24,000 bases of DNA from an uncultured archaeon (GTDB taxonomy: Archaea > Asgardarchaeota > Lokiarchaeia > Sigyniarchaeales > SOKP01). How positions within the stretch are numbered: position 1 is the first letter of the stretch; the number at the start of each line of letters is the position of its first letter. Under the pieces are notes generated by a model, which was given only the letters and a program-made list of their open reading frames with translations, searched no databases and was not told where the DNA came from. A program made the position numbers and the translations under genes. Positions 7,691-16,542 of the stretch are shown here, one piece after another. The DNA lies in the NCBI GenBank assembly GCA_964388035.1, contig CAYLZE010000039.1, positions 18,096 to 42,095 of the forward strand, written 5' to 3'.

Positions 7691-10042
7691 TTAGTTATTA
7701 TCATTTTCCTTTAAATGCGGTTTTAAATTTAATTTATCGGCAATTGCGAGGAATTTTCCGAATGTTTTTTCATCGATTATATTTACTTCGTCGATATGAA
7801 GTAATTCCATTATCTTTTTACCATAATAAGTATCTTTAACATTTGCTAGATCATATTTTGAGTATTCCTTATTGATGATGCTAGATTCGAATTCTTGCTT
7901 TCTAATTGATAATATTTGATCAAAATACTTAGCAAAAGGAGTATTCCGTAATTGAGTTAAGTCAAAAACATCTGTTGCTCCAATCTTTTTAATTCTCAAT
8001 AATTCCTCAATATATTCTTGAATTTCTTTTAGAAATGCCAATTTAAAAGAATTTAAGTCAAATTTTTCAATTGGTATTTTTTTAAATATGTCAGAAAAAT
8101 CAATTTTTAATCCTTCAAGCTCCCTTTTGAGGTCCATCAAAATTAATAATTGATTGGTCCTCTCCTCCATGTTATTCTTTAATTCATTAAAAATGAAGTC
8201 TTTTTCACGGTTAATGAATTCGATTGAAAAGTTTTTAAAAGCTTTTATGAATTCACTATAATTTGGAATGAATTTCTTATTTGGATTGTTGATTATGCGT
8301 TCATGAGCATCAAAAGGACTTATTTCTTTTTGCATCACGGATTTTACCAGCGATAAAGGATAATATCCTTCGATAAATGACATCCCCTTTTGAATACTCT
8401 TGATTGCATCCGTAAAGGAGCATTTACTAATAACATTCACTGACTTGATTGTGTTTGCCTCAATTTTTACGGGCTTCTTCTTGCAATAACAAAGATCAAA
8501 CGGTTTTATATCATAGAATAAAGGGTTATTTACATCAGGGATTATTACTTGATTTCCATATGCTTGGAGGATGCTACTTTGAATGGGTTTATTTGCCAAA
8601 TCCCATTCTATTATAATAACGTCTTTTTCGCTGGGATATTTATGATATATATCGTAATTATAAGTAATATGTTTCGATACTAGCGAAAATCCGTCTATAA
8701 CGCTAATTTCATAATTATTTTTTTCACCCCAAAATTGATTTTTATAATACATTACGTCGGAAAAAGAATTAAAATCATCCAAAAAAAGTTCCTTAAAAAT
8801 GTATATATTCATACCAATTTCTGAGGATTTAATAGTAGGATCCTTAATTCCAAAAAATCCAATTCTAGAAAGGATGTAATGATAAACAGGATTTTTTAAA
8901 TTAGTAGGATCTTGAGAGATAATGTATGTATTTCGCTTTTTTCTAAAATTGCCCTTTGTCTTAATTATATCATGCTTATCCATTAATAACTTTAAAAATG
9001 CAAATTTCTTTAGGTAGAGCTTCTTTTCTAATTCTTTCAATTCCCTTTTATATTTGGAATATTCCTGCTGATAGGATGTTTTAGGGATGTTAAATGTTTC
9101 AAATTGGCTCTTCATCAATTTCAAGGTATCTATTATGCTAAAACTTTCAATTTGGCTAAAAAAATACTCCAAAATTACTTCCTTGAACTCTTTTAAATTC
9201 ATTGATGAGATAATATCTGTTATTTCGGGATGCATCTGAATTAGCTCGTCTTGATATTTAAAAATCAAATAATATGAAAAGTATTTCTCATTAAAATTGG
9301 AACTTAATAGCATCTTTTTAAATTCATCAATTTCCATTATTATGAACCTAAGATAATCAAATTTAAAGATGTTATCAAGCGAGTTCAGGATATGAAGTAT
9401 ATCATAAAATGTGTATTTTGAAATTGAGGATAAAAACCGCGTAAATCCCTTCTTAATAATATTTTCATATACCTTTAAATAACTGCCTAATTCATTTTCA
9501 TAACTCAATTTTATAAAGTTAAAAAATTCAAGGAAAAGATCATTATCAATTGATATGGTCAAATATCTATTGATAATGCTATTACACTTTTTTTGATCGA
9601 TAATCGCTTTATTAAGAAAACTCAATCCTTCAATATAATTATTATCCATTAAACAGTTATTTGCTAATAGTAAGAAGTTTTTACTCTTTTTATGGGAGCC
9701 ATAATCTTCATGCGTCAAATCATATTCATGAATATTTTCTAAAATCTTCATAGCAATATTTTCATTAATCATTAAAAAGAGTTTTATTAAATGGACACAC
9801 ATTTTTTTTTCAATTTCAGAATAAATTAAAAAGGAAGGGCAGTCATGGAATATCTCCCTTCTCTCATCATCTATAATGAGATGAAACTCACGATCGTTAT
9901 CAAGAATTAAACTCCTTATTTTAATAGGACTTTCTCTATAATAAATGATATTAATTTTATTTTTTGGGAAATCTTTTGCTTTCTGATAAAGATACTGGCC
10001 AAATTTTTCCTTTATTTGGTTAATTAGCTTATCTTTAATCAT
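7691..10042 (-). CDS. Large (783 aa) protein with an N-terminal SWIM-like zinc-finger variant; third gene of the MoxR-VWA operon
   Basis: A long ORF in AT-rich DNA is unlikely by chance. The motif H-D-C-P-S-F-x12-C-V-H (aa 66-84, nt 9791-9847) resembles SWIM CxCxnCxH with the first Cys replaced by His. I did not recognise the rest of the protein. Its start is 6 nt after the VWA gene stop. Confidence 0.6.
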   Translation of the reverse strand: MIKDKLINQIKEKFGQYLYQKAKDFPKNKINIIYYRESPIKIRSLILDNDREFHLIIDDERREIFHDCPSFLIYSEIEKKMCVHLIKLFLMINENIAMKILENIHEYDLTHEDYGSHKKSKNFLLLANNCLMDNNYIEGLSFLNKAIIDQKKCNSIINRYLTISIDNDLFLEFFNFIKLSYENELGSYLKVYENIIKKGFTRFLSSISKYTFYDILHILNSLDNIFKFDYLRFIIMEIDEFKKMLLSSNFNEKYFSYYLIFKYQDELIQMHPEITDIISSMNLKEFKEVILEYFFSQIESFSIIDTLKLMKSQFETFNIPKTSYQQEYSKYKRELKELEKKLYLKKFAFLKLLMDKHDIIKTKGNFRKKRNTYIISQDPTNLKNPVYHYILSRIGFFGIKDPTIKSSEIGMNIYIFKELFLDDFNSFSDVMYYKNQFWGEKNNYEISVIDGFSLVSKHITYNYDIYHKYPSEKDVIIIEWDLANKPIQSSILQAYGNQVIIPDVNNPLFYDIKPFDLCYCKKKPVKIEANTIKSVNVISKCSFTDAIKSIQKGMSFIEGYYPLSLVKSVMQKEISPFDAHERIINNPNKKFIPNYSEFIKAFKNFSIEFINREKDFIFNELKNNMEERTNQLLILMDLKRELEGLKIDFSDIFKKIPIEKFDLNSFKLAFLKEIQEYIEELLRIKKIGATDVFDLTQLRNTPFAKYFDQILSIRKQEFESSIINKEYSKYDLANVKDTYYGKKIMELLHIDEVNIIDEKTFGKFLAIADKLNLKPHLKENDNN

Positions 10043-10048
10043 TTTTCT

Positions 10049-12541
10049 CTAGAATTTTGATTTAATGATAGAACTAATCAAATTTGGAAATTTCTCCCAA
10101 TCAGAAATTGTTAACAATTGTCCACCAGTAATTTTTACCATTTTTTCTGCTTCTTTAAGATTATATTGATTTTCTGGACATACCAAGATAAAGTCTACCC
10201 CCATCGATCGCATGACTCTCAAGTCTTCTGCCACGTCCTTAATATCAAAGATCTCTGCATCTGTGAAAAGAATGTTCAATTTTTCCCGCGAGCTTGAACT
10301 TTCTTTAAATTGTTTTATTGCAAAATCCAAAGCTGCTTTAAGACGAGTTCCTCCTTTAGCTGTAACTGATAATAATTCTTCCGCTAACGATTCCAGCTCC
10401 ACTTTTTTTGTCATTTCTTTTAATACATGAGTATTCGATTCAAAGAAAGCAACAGCCAATTCATCCATTTTCATTCCGTATATTAACATCGTAATGCAAA
10501 TGCCCATATAAGCCAATTTATCCCCTGACATGCTTCCTGATATATCCAATTCAAAACAAGCGCTTCTCTGTCCTTTAGCAGTTTCATATACATAAAAATC
10601 ATCATAATTTATATGTTCTAATCTTTTTCCTTTTTCTAAGATATTATTGATAGTTTCTTCGAGATCTACATTTTCATAATCATCGCCGATTGTGAGAGGC
10701 CTTACAATATTAATCGGAATAGGCCCCGTCACGGCTGTACCCAATCTTGCTCGAGAATAATAGATTCCCAATTCTATAAGTATCTTTTTTGCCAGTTCTT
10801 TAACTTTCTCTTTTGCTTTTGGAGGAATGTTTTGTCGATGAATAAACCATTGCTTTAAAAGGTTTTCTCCACTTCCTGCTTGAAGTGAGCCAATAATTTC
10901 ATTCATTCCTTCATTTCCTCCTATTTTATTGGCTCCTTTTAGGGCTTTTTCCAAATCGAAATGACCTAACGCTGCTAATGCATCTCTATTGTCCGAGGAT
11001 AAAGCACTCTTTAAAAGTTCATTGATTCTATCTTCATTCAATTGATCTTTAATTTGGTTCATTAAATTACTTAATCTATTGAAATCTTGCACGTTCTTAT
11101 CAATTAATTTTTTCAACAATTGATAATTAGGTTCAATTAATTCATAAATTTCTTCTTCACTCATCCCTAAATCCTTGCCTTTTTTTTCGATATCATCAGG
11201 ATTTGGTTCCAATCCGATATTTCTTAAGAATTCTACGGAATCTTTTAACTGATTCGAATTTTCACATGATTCTAAGGTTCTGTTCACCATATCAGGTATT
11301 TCTCTACCCATTTTTTGATTACAGCTTATGTTTGAACAAGAATTCATTAATTGCTGTAATTGATGTGAAAGGGATTTAAATGCCTCAAATTTCTTAGCTT
11401 GCCCATCAGCAGATTGAATTGCTTTTTGTAAAGCTTTATCAAAGAGCGATTTCCAAGCTTTATTTGCTAAAGCTGCCTTTGAAAGCATTTCGAGTGATAA
11501 ATTATTCATTTGAGAATTATCTAAATTTTCATTTAGTTTTTCTAGAAAAGGCACTCTCATGTTTGTTCCAAAATATTGATCCAACGCATTAGCTAAGTTG
11601 AAATTATGCTCAAAATCGAGATTCTTGAGAGAATTTTGTAAAATTTTATCCAAATCAAAATTCGGTACTTCTCCAAGATTTTTGGCGGCATTGAATAATT
11701 CATCAAAATTATTTAATTTGCCCTCCAATTCTTTCATTAAATTCTTTAAATTCTCACGCGGTATTGCATTCGAGTCTTTTAAAAACTTCAAGCTCTGAAT
11801 TAAATCGTTTAAATTGCCTGATTTCAATAGATCATTTAAATCTTGATCAATATTTTTATTATTTAGTGCCTTGCTCGTTAATTTTTCCCATTGTCTTATA
11901 GAATTCTCTTCAATCATTGAATCCAAATTCAATTCTTTAGCTGCCTTTAAATCAGCGGGATCTAATGAGTTTATTTTTTGAGATAATCTTTTTCTTGCTT
12001 CTTCTAATAATTGTTCCAATGAAGTGATTTGTTCCTTGAACAAATCAGAATCATCTTCAAAATATTTCAATGCCGATTTGTAAGGTTCAGAATTTTTTTT
12101 ATTTTCCAATTCATTAAGAAATTTTTCCATTTGTTCAATTAAATCAACGTCAACGGATTTAGAAGCTTCAATTTCATCTATTAGATCTTGAAGTTGGTTC
12201 AATTCCTTTTTCTGAGTTGATGAAATTAAATCATCCATATCTTCAATCCCTTGCTCATCTTGAAAAAAAGAGGAAATTAAATCTTTATTATAATTCGGAA
12301 ATAAAATTTCAAAAGAAATTTGTTTTGCTAATTCTTGATTATCAGGATAAGAAGTGACTATGCTGATATCTATAAAATCTTGAGGAGTAATGTGCCCCTT
12401 GCGCATGTATCTCGATAAAATCATCTTGGGAATGGATAACACCTGTCGGGAAGAAGGAATTTGAATTATGTCTGGATGATTTCTCATTCTACGTATAAAC
12501 TCAACGCTAAACTCGCAAGGGCTTTCAGGAAAAATTCCCAA
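10049..12541 (-). CDS. von Willebrand factor A (VWA/MIDAS) domain protein with an ~600-aa coiled-coil/low-complexity N-terminal region
   Basis: The C-terminal VWA domain has a complete MIDAS set: DISGSMSG (DxSxS, nt 10532-10546), KGGTRL and LFTDAE. The upstream segment RARLG...IVRPL.IGDDYENVDLEETI is typical of MoxR-partner VWA proteins. The TTG start at 12541 is 8 nt after the MoxR stop; an alternative ATG (MRNHPD) lies ~50 nt downstream. Confidence 0.75.
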   Translation of the reverse strand: MGIFPESPCEFSVEFIRRMRNHPDIIQIPSSRQVLSIPKMILSRYMRKGHITPQDFIDISIVTSYPDNQELAKQISFEILFPNYNKDLISSFFQDEQGIEDMDDLISSTQKKELNQLQDLIDEIEASKSVDVDLIEQMEKFLNELENKKNSEPYKSALKYFEDDSDLFKEQITSLEQLLEEARKRLSQKINSLDPADLKAAKELNLDSMIEENSIRQWEKLTSKALNNKNIDQDLNDLLKSGNLNDLIQSLKFLKDSNAIPRENLKNLMKELEGKLNNFDELFNAAKNLGEVPNFDLDKILQNSLKNLDFEHNFNLANALDQYFGTNMRVPFLEKLNENLDNSQMNNLSLEMLSKAALANKAWKSLFDKALQKAIQSADGQAKKFEAFKSLSHQLQQLMNSCSNISCNQKMGREIPDMVNRTLESCENSNQLKDSVEFLRNIGLEPNPDDIEKKGKDLGMSEEEIYELIEPNYQLLKKLIDKNVQDFNRLSNLMNQIKDQLNEDRINELLKSALSSDNRDALAALGHFDLEKALKGANKIGGNEGMNEIIGSLQAGSGENLLKQWFIHRQNIPPKAKEKVKELAKKILIELGIYYSRARLGTAVTGPIPINIVRPLTIGDDYENVDLEETINNILEKGKRLEHINYDDFYVYETAKGQRSACFELDISGSMSGDKLAYMGICITMLIYGMKMDELAVAFFESNTHVLKEMTKKVELESLAEELLSVTAKGGTRLKAALDFAIKQFKESSSSREKLNILFTDAEIFDIKDVAEDLRVMRSMGVDFILVCPENQYNLKEAEKMVKITGGQLLTISDWEKFPNLISSIIKSKF

Positions 12542-12549
12542 TTATAGAT

Positions 12550-13485
12550 TCACCCGCCTAATAATTTATTAATGATATTATTAACCACGTCCTCTACATC
12601 TACACCCGGTTTAGGTTTTACACTACCCAATAAAACATTTCTCGATATTTCAGATAGGTGAATGTATGCAGATTTTTTTTCTTGGACATCTCCTTGTTTT
12701 TCTAACGCTCTTTTTCTTCCCAAAAGCTTTGCCATGGCAATTCCTGCTCTAATTGAGGCGGGTATTTCTATATCAATCATATTTTTACGTGTTTCATTAA
12801 TTATTGAATATATCAATTCTAATTCAGATTCTTCTATTGTAAAATGCTCCGGCAAATTAATCCGAATTATATCCAACTCAGTAGCTTTATCAGGATAATC
12901 CAATTTTATCCAGACTTTAATTCGATCTTTCAAAGCTTCAGATAACCTGTGCGTTCCGGATAATTCCTCCGGATTCATCGCACAAATGAAGAAAAAATCC
13001 TTATCTGCCTTGACCCTTCCTAAATGAGGTACGCTTACGGATGCCTCTTCTAATGGTTCCAACAAGGTATTTTGGGAATATTCCGTTGCTCGGTTTATTT
13101 CATTAGCTAAAAATGTTCCTCCTTCAAGCATCGCACTCAATAATGGTCCAGGATTAAATGCATCCAAGGTAAAGCCTTGCTTTAACACGATCGCGGGATC
13201 ATAACTTCCTATGAAGTGCGAGGGCTTAATTGACTCATCCATGGTCAACCAGTAGAAATTTTTCTGCTTTTCCGCTCTCATACTCGCAAAATACCTGCAT
13301 AGAATTGTTTTTCCTACACCAGGTGGACCGATTAAAGCAGGAAATAAAGATGTTGCCTCAGCATCTTTTAATAATTCCAAAGCCTTACCGTATTGTCCTG
13401 ATAGGACAATATCTATCTTTTCTAAGCTTAAATCTTTTATGAGCTGTTGATTAAATAATGTAGTAAATCTCTCTCTATTTATCAC
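12550..13485 (-). CDS. MoxR-family AAA+ ATPase
   Basis: Walker A is LIGPPGVGKT (nt ~13307-13332). The Walker B region FLANEINRA (nt 13093-13110) reads N-E instead of the usual D-E. Also present: TLLEPLEE, FFFICAMNPEE and ALKDRI, and a C-terminal lid. The GTG start at 13485 is the only start candidate upstream of the P-loop. Confidence 0.85.
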   Translation of the reverse strand: MINRERFTTLFNQQLIKDLSLEKIDIVLSGQYGKALELLKDAEATSLFPALIGPPGVGKTILCRYFASMRAEKQKNFYWLTMDESIKPSHFIGSYDPAIVLKQGFTLDAFNPGPLLSAMLEGGTFLANEINRATEYSQNTLLEPLEEASVSVPHLGRVKADKDFFFICAMNPEELSGTHRLSEALKDRIKVWIKLDYPDKATELDIIRINLPEHFTIEESELELIYSIINETRKNMIDIEIPASIRAGIAMAKLLGRKRALEKQGDVQEKKSAYIHLSEISRNVLLGSVKPKPGVDVEDVVNNIINKLLGG

Positions 13486-13774
13486 TATATATCCTCATTT
13501 ATTTTATTTCTAGTGATGATAATTTCTAATGCTTGAAAATATTTATTTTTAAATATAATAAGTCATGAGAATCTTGTAATGAATCATTATTGCAAATAAA
13601 ATAGATAAAGAAGAGATTTAAAAATCAATAATTTTTACTAAACTCTTGCTCTCTTTATTTATTTTTTCATGCTTTATTCTCTAAAATACTAAAATTTTAT
13701 ATGATCCATTTGCCTATTTTTAATTTAACAGTAATAAATTAAATTCGAATATAAGAGGATTGAGATAAAGCATC
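13486..13774. promoter_or_regulatory. Divergent intergenic region between the MoxR operon and the glycyl-radical enzyme gene
   Basis: A 289-bp AT-rich gap between divergently transcribed genes, so both promoters must lie here. No specific operator could be resolved by eye. Confidence 0.35.
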
Positions 13775-16153
13775 ATGATCATCGAACAAAGGTCTTATTC
13801 TGATTATGAAGAACAAATACAACGAATGAAAAAAGAAGTACTATCTTTTCCCCACGAGATATGTATAGAAAGAGCAAAAATCTTTACTTCATCTTATAAA
13901 AAGACCGTGGGCGAACCTCCAATTATCCGATTTGCTAAAGCAATGGATAAATTGCTCAGGGAAATGACAATAAAAATTTGGAATGATGAATATATTGTCG
14001 GGAATCGATGTACTAAAAAGATTGGAACGCCCCTTTATCCTGAGGTAAGAATTGATACCATTGAACAAGATATTTATTCCTATGAAAAACGTGAGGCTCA
14101 AAAATTATTCATTTCTGAAGAAGATAGAAGTAATCTAATTTCTGAAATATTACCCTATTGGAAAACGGAAGAAGAAACCGTAAAAGAGCGGTACTTATCT
14201 TATATCCCTGCCGATATCAAAGAAAAGGTCGATACTTTAGTATTCACCATAGAAACAGAGGTAACAAATGGAATTGGCCACTTTTTTCCGGGTCATGAAA
14301 ATGTACTTAAATATGGGCTTAGAGGATTAATTCAGAAAGTTGAAGATAAATTGAGCACTATAGTTGAAGATCCCAAAAAGAAAGTAAACATGAATGCAAT
14401 GCTCATTGAATTAAATGCAGTTAGTTTCTTTATTAAAAGATTTTCGAATCTTGCATTAGAATTATCCAAAAATGAATTGAATCCTCAACGAAATCGAGAA
14501 TTAATCGAGATAAGCGAAACATGTAATAATATCGCTGAAAAACCCCCTAATACTTTTAAAGAGGCGCTTCAATTAATTTATTTTACCCATCTGGCATGTG
14601 GATTGGAGGATGGTGGTTTTGCAATAAGTATTGGTCGCTTGGATCAGTATTTATATCCCTATTATATGGAAGACTTGAATAATGGTACGATTACGGATAG
14701 TGAGGTCCAATTCTTAATAGAGTGTTTCTTTTTAAAATTGAATACCCTTTGGAATTATGTATTTTATTTGGGCGTGAATGCTGCGGAAGGTCCTCCCATC
14801 GCTGAGAATGTAACGATCGGAGGATTAGATTCTAACGGAAATGATGCTACTAATAATTTATCAATCATTATATTAAAAGCATATACAAATCTAAAAACAG
14901 TCCAGCCTACATTTTCTATTCGAGTTCATAAAAAAACATCTACTAAATTCTTATCCCTCGTAGCAGATTCAATAAAGGAAGGAACCAGCATGGCCCTTTT
15001 TAATGATTCGGTTATGATAGAAGGATTAGTTAATCGAGGTTTCACGTTACAAGATGCGCGCCATTATGCTCCAATTGGTTGCGTGGAACCCCAGCATCCC
15101 TATAAGTCATTTGGATCCACTAATGCTAATCAATTCAATATTGTAAAATGTGTAGAATTAGCTCTAAATAATGGAACGGATATTTTTCTCAGGAGAGAGA
15201 TAGGATTAAAATACGATACTCCAATTACATCCTATCAAGATCTATGGCAGAGATTCTTGGAAAATATGAAACTTTTCATTGATTACATGGTAAAATCTAT
15301 GTATTATCTCGATAAAGCAATTTCTGAAATTAATCCCCAACCTTTTTTATCAACGACCATAAACAATTGCATTGAAAGGGGATTGGATATAACGCAAGGG
15401 GGTGCAGTGTATGATTTTACGGGACCGCAAATGATCGGATTGGCCACGGCAGCGGATAGTTTGGCTGTAATTAAAAAAATCATTTTCGATGAAAAATTGC
15501 TCTCGCTTGAAGAGCTCACTCAGATGTTAAAAAAAAACTTTAAAGGAAAGTATCAAGGAAAAGATGGGAAAGAATGGAGAGAGATTTTTATTAATAAAGT
15601 CCCTAAATTCGGCAATGATAATGATTATGTTGATAATATTGCTATTGACATTGTTGATAATTTCTGTAATGAGATATCGAAACATGCTAATTTCAGAGGA
15701 GGTAAATATAATCCGGGAATTTATTCTACATCCTTGCATCTTGCTTTTGGCACCTTTACAGGAGCTTCCGCTGATGGCAGAAAATCTCGCGATCCCTTAT
15801 CAAACGGTTTAGGACCTACACATGGAAGAGATAAAGAGGGTCCAACAGCTATTTTAAATTCCGTCAAAAAATTAGATAATTCCCTCCAAACAAATGGAAA
15901 TTCTTTAATTCTTGCCTTTCATCCAAAATCTTTTAAATCCGAATTATTTCCCTCATTAATTCGTTCCTATTTTACGGAAAATGGAGGCTATCATATTCAA
16001 TTTAACGTAGTCGGAAAAGACACGTTATATGATGCTCAAGTCCATCCGGAGAAGCATCTTGGTCTTGTTGTTCGCATTGCGGGTTATTCAGTTTTATTTA
16101 ATGAATTGTCCACTAACGCTCAAAATGAAATTATTGCTCGAACTGAATACTAA
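13775..16153 (+). CDS. Glycyl radical enzyme, PFL2 / glycerol-dehydratase / choline-lyase-like clade (792 aa)
   Basis: C-terminal glycyl-radical fingerprint VVRIAGYSVLF (RIAGYS at 16073-16090). Active-site loop APIGCVEPQ has Cys at 15080-15082 and Glu two residues later. The N-terminal ERAKIFTSSY...IIRFAKAM...DEYIVG is typical of the PFL2 family. Confidence 0.9.
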   Translation: MIIEQRSYSDYEEQIQRMKKEVLSFPHEICIERAKIFTSSYKKTVGEPPIIRFAKAMDKLLREMTIKIWNDEYIVGNRCTKKIGTPLYPEVRIDTIEQDIYSYEKREAQKLFISEEDRSNLISEILPYWKTEEETVKERYLSYIPADIKEKVDTLVFTIETEVTNGIGHFFPGHENVLKYGLRGLIQKVEDKLSTIVEDPKKKVNMNAMLIELNAVSFFIKRFSNLALELSKNELNPQRNRELIEISETCNNIAEKPPNTFKEALQLIYFTHLACGLEDGGFAISIGRLDQYLYPYYMEDLNNGTITDSEVQFLIECFFLKLNTLWNYVFYLGVNAAEGPPIAENVTIGGLDSNGNDATNNLSIIILKAYTNLKTVQPTFSIRVHKKTSTKFLSLVADSIKEGTSMALFNDSVMIEGLVNRGFTLQDARHYAPIGCVEPQHPYKSFGSTNANQFNIVKCVELALNNGTDIFLRREIGLKYDTPITSYQDLWQRFLENMKLFIDYMVKSMYYLDKAISEINPQPFLSTTINNCIERGLDITQGGAVYDFTGPQMIGLATAADSLAVIKKIIFDEKLLSLEELTQMLKKNFKGKYQGKDGKEWREIFINKVPKFGNDNDYVDNIAIDIVDNFCNEISKHANFRGGKYNPGIYSTSLHLAFGTFTGASADGRKSRDPLSNGLGPTHGRDKEGPTAILNSVKKLDNSLQTNGNSLILAFHPKSFKSELFPSLIRSYFTENGGYHIQFNVVGKDTLYDAQVHPEKHLGLVVRIAGYSVLFNELSTNAQNEIIARTEY

Positions 16154-16410
16154 TTTAATTTTTCTTATCTTTCTTGATTTTTGCCCATATCAATAATCAT
16201 GAATTTACCCTTTACTTGAGAAAATATACAGCATCAGCATTCTAAAACACTGACAATGAGGAATATATGATAAAAAAAGTTCACTATTCAAACAGATTGT
16301 TTTTTTATGAATTAAATCCACAAAAATTATATTTTTTTATTAATTATATTTCAAAAAAATGAAAGTGATTCTTCTACGTATTAAATGATACATGGTTCAC
16401 TTTCTTTCAT

Positions 16411-16512
16411 GGGCCTGTAGATTAGTGGCAGATAGCTATGCTTAAATGCTTGCATGCCTGAAACGCGAGATTCGCATTCTCGAGGCCACGGGTTCAAATC
16501 CCGTCAGGTCCA
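16411..16512 (+). tRNA. tRNA-Ala (anticodon CGC) interrupted by a ~30-nt non-canonical intron in the D-arm; no encoded CCA
   Basis: Hand-folded. Acceptor stem GGGCCTG/CAGGTCC has a G3:U70 wobble and discriminator A73, the alanine identity elements. Anticodon arm CGAGA-TTCGCAT-TCTCG. Variable loop AGGCC. T-arm ACGGG-TTCAAAT-CCCGT. The locus is 102 nt against 72 nt expected. Removing 16434-16463 restores the D-arm GATT-AGTGGCA-GATC. Confidence 0.8.
16434..16463 (+). other. Predicted tRNA intron (between tRNA positions 24 and 25) with a relaxed bulge-helix-bulge motif
   Basis: The intron forms an internal hairpin, GC(T)ATGC-loop-GCATGC (16435-16441 / 16452-16457). A central helix CAG/CTG (16429-16431 / 16458-16460) is flanked by 3-nt bulges ATA (16432-16434) and AAC (16462-16464). 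Cutting after the second bulge nucleotide gives exactly the junction that restores the cloverleaf. Confidence 0.55.
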
Positions 16513-16542
16513 TTCATTATTTAATAATCTCAGGATAATAAA

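Noticed and set aside
16433-16460. Alternative tRNA intron model of 28 nt, using the perfect 4-bp helix GGCA/TGCC (16427-16430 / 16455-16458).
   Set aside because: It gives a D-stem GATT/AAAC with an A11:A24 mismatch, and its flanking helices are weak. The 16434-16463 model gives a fully paired D-stem, a canonical D-loop and a strong intron hairpin. This model cannot be excluded without RNA data.
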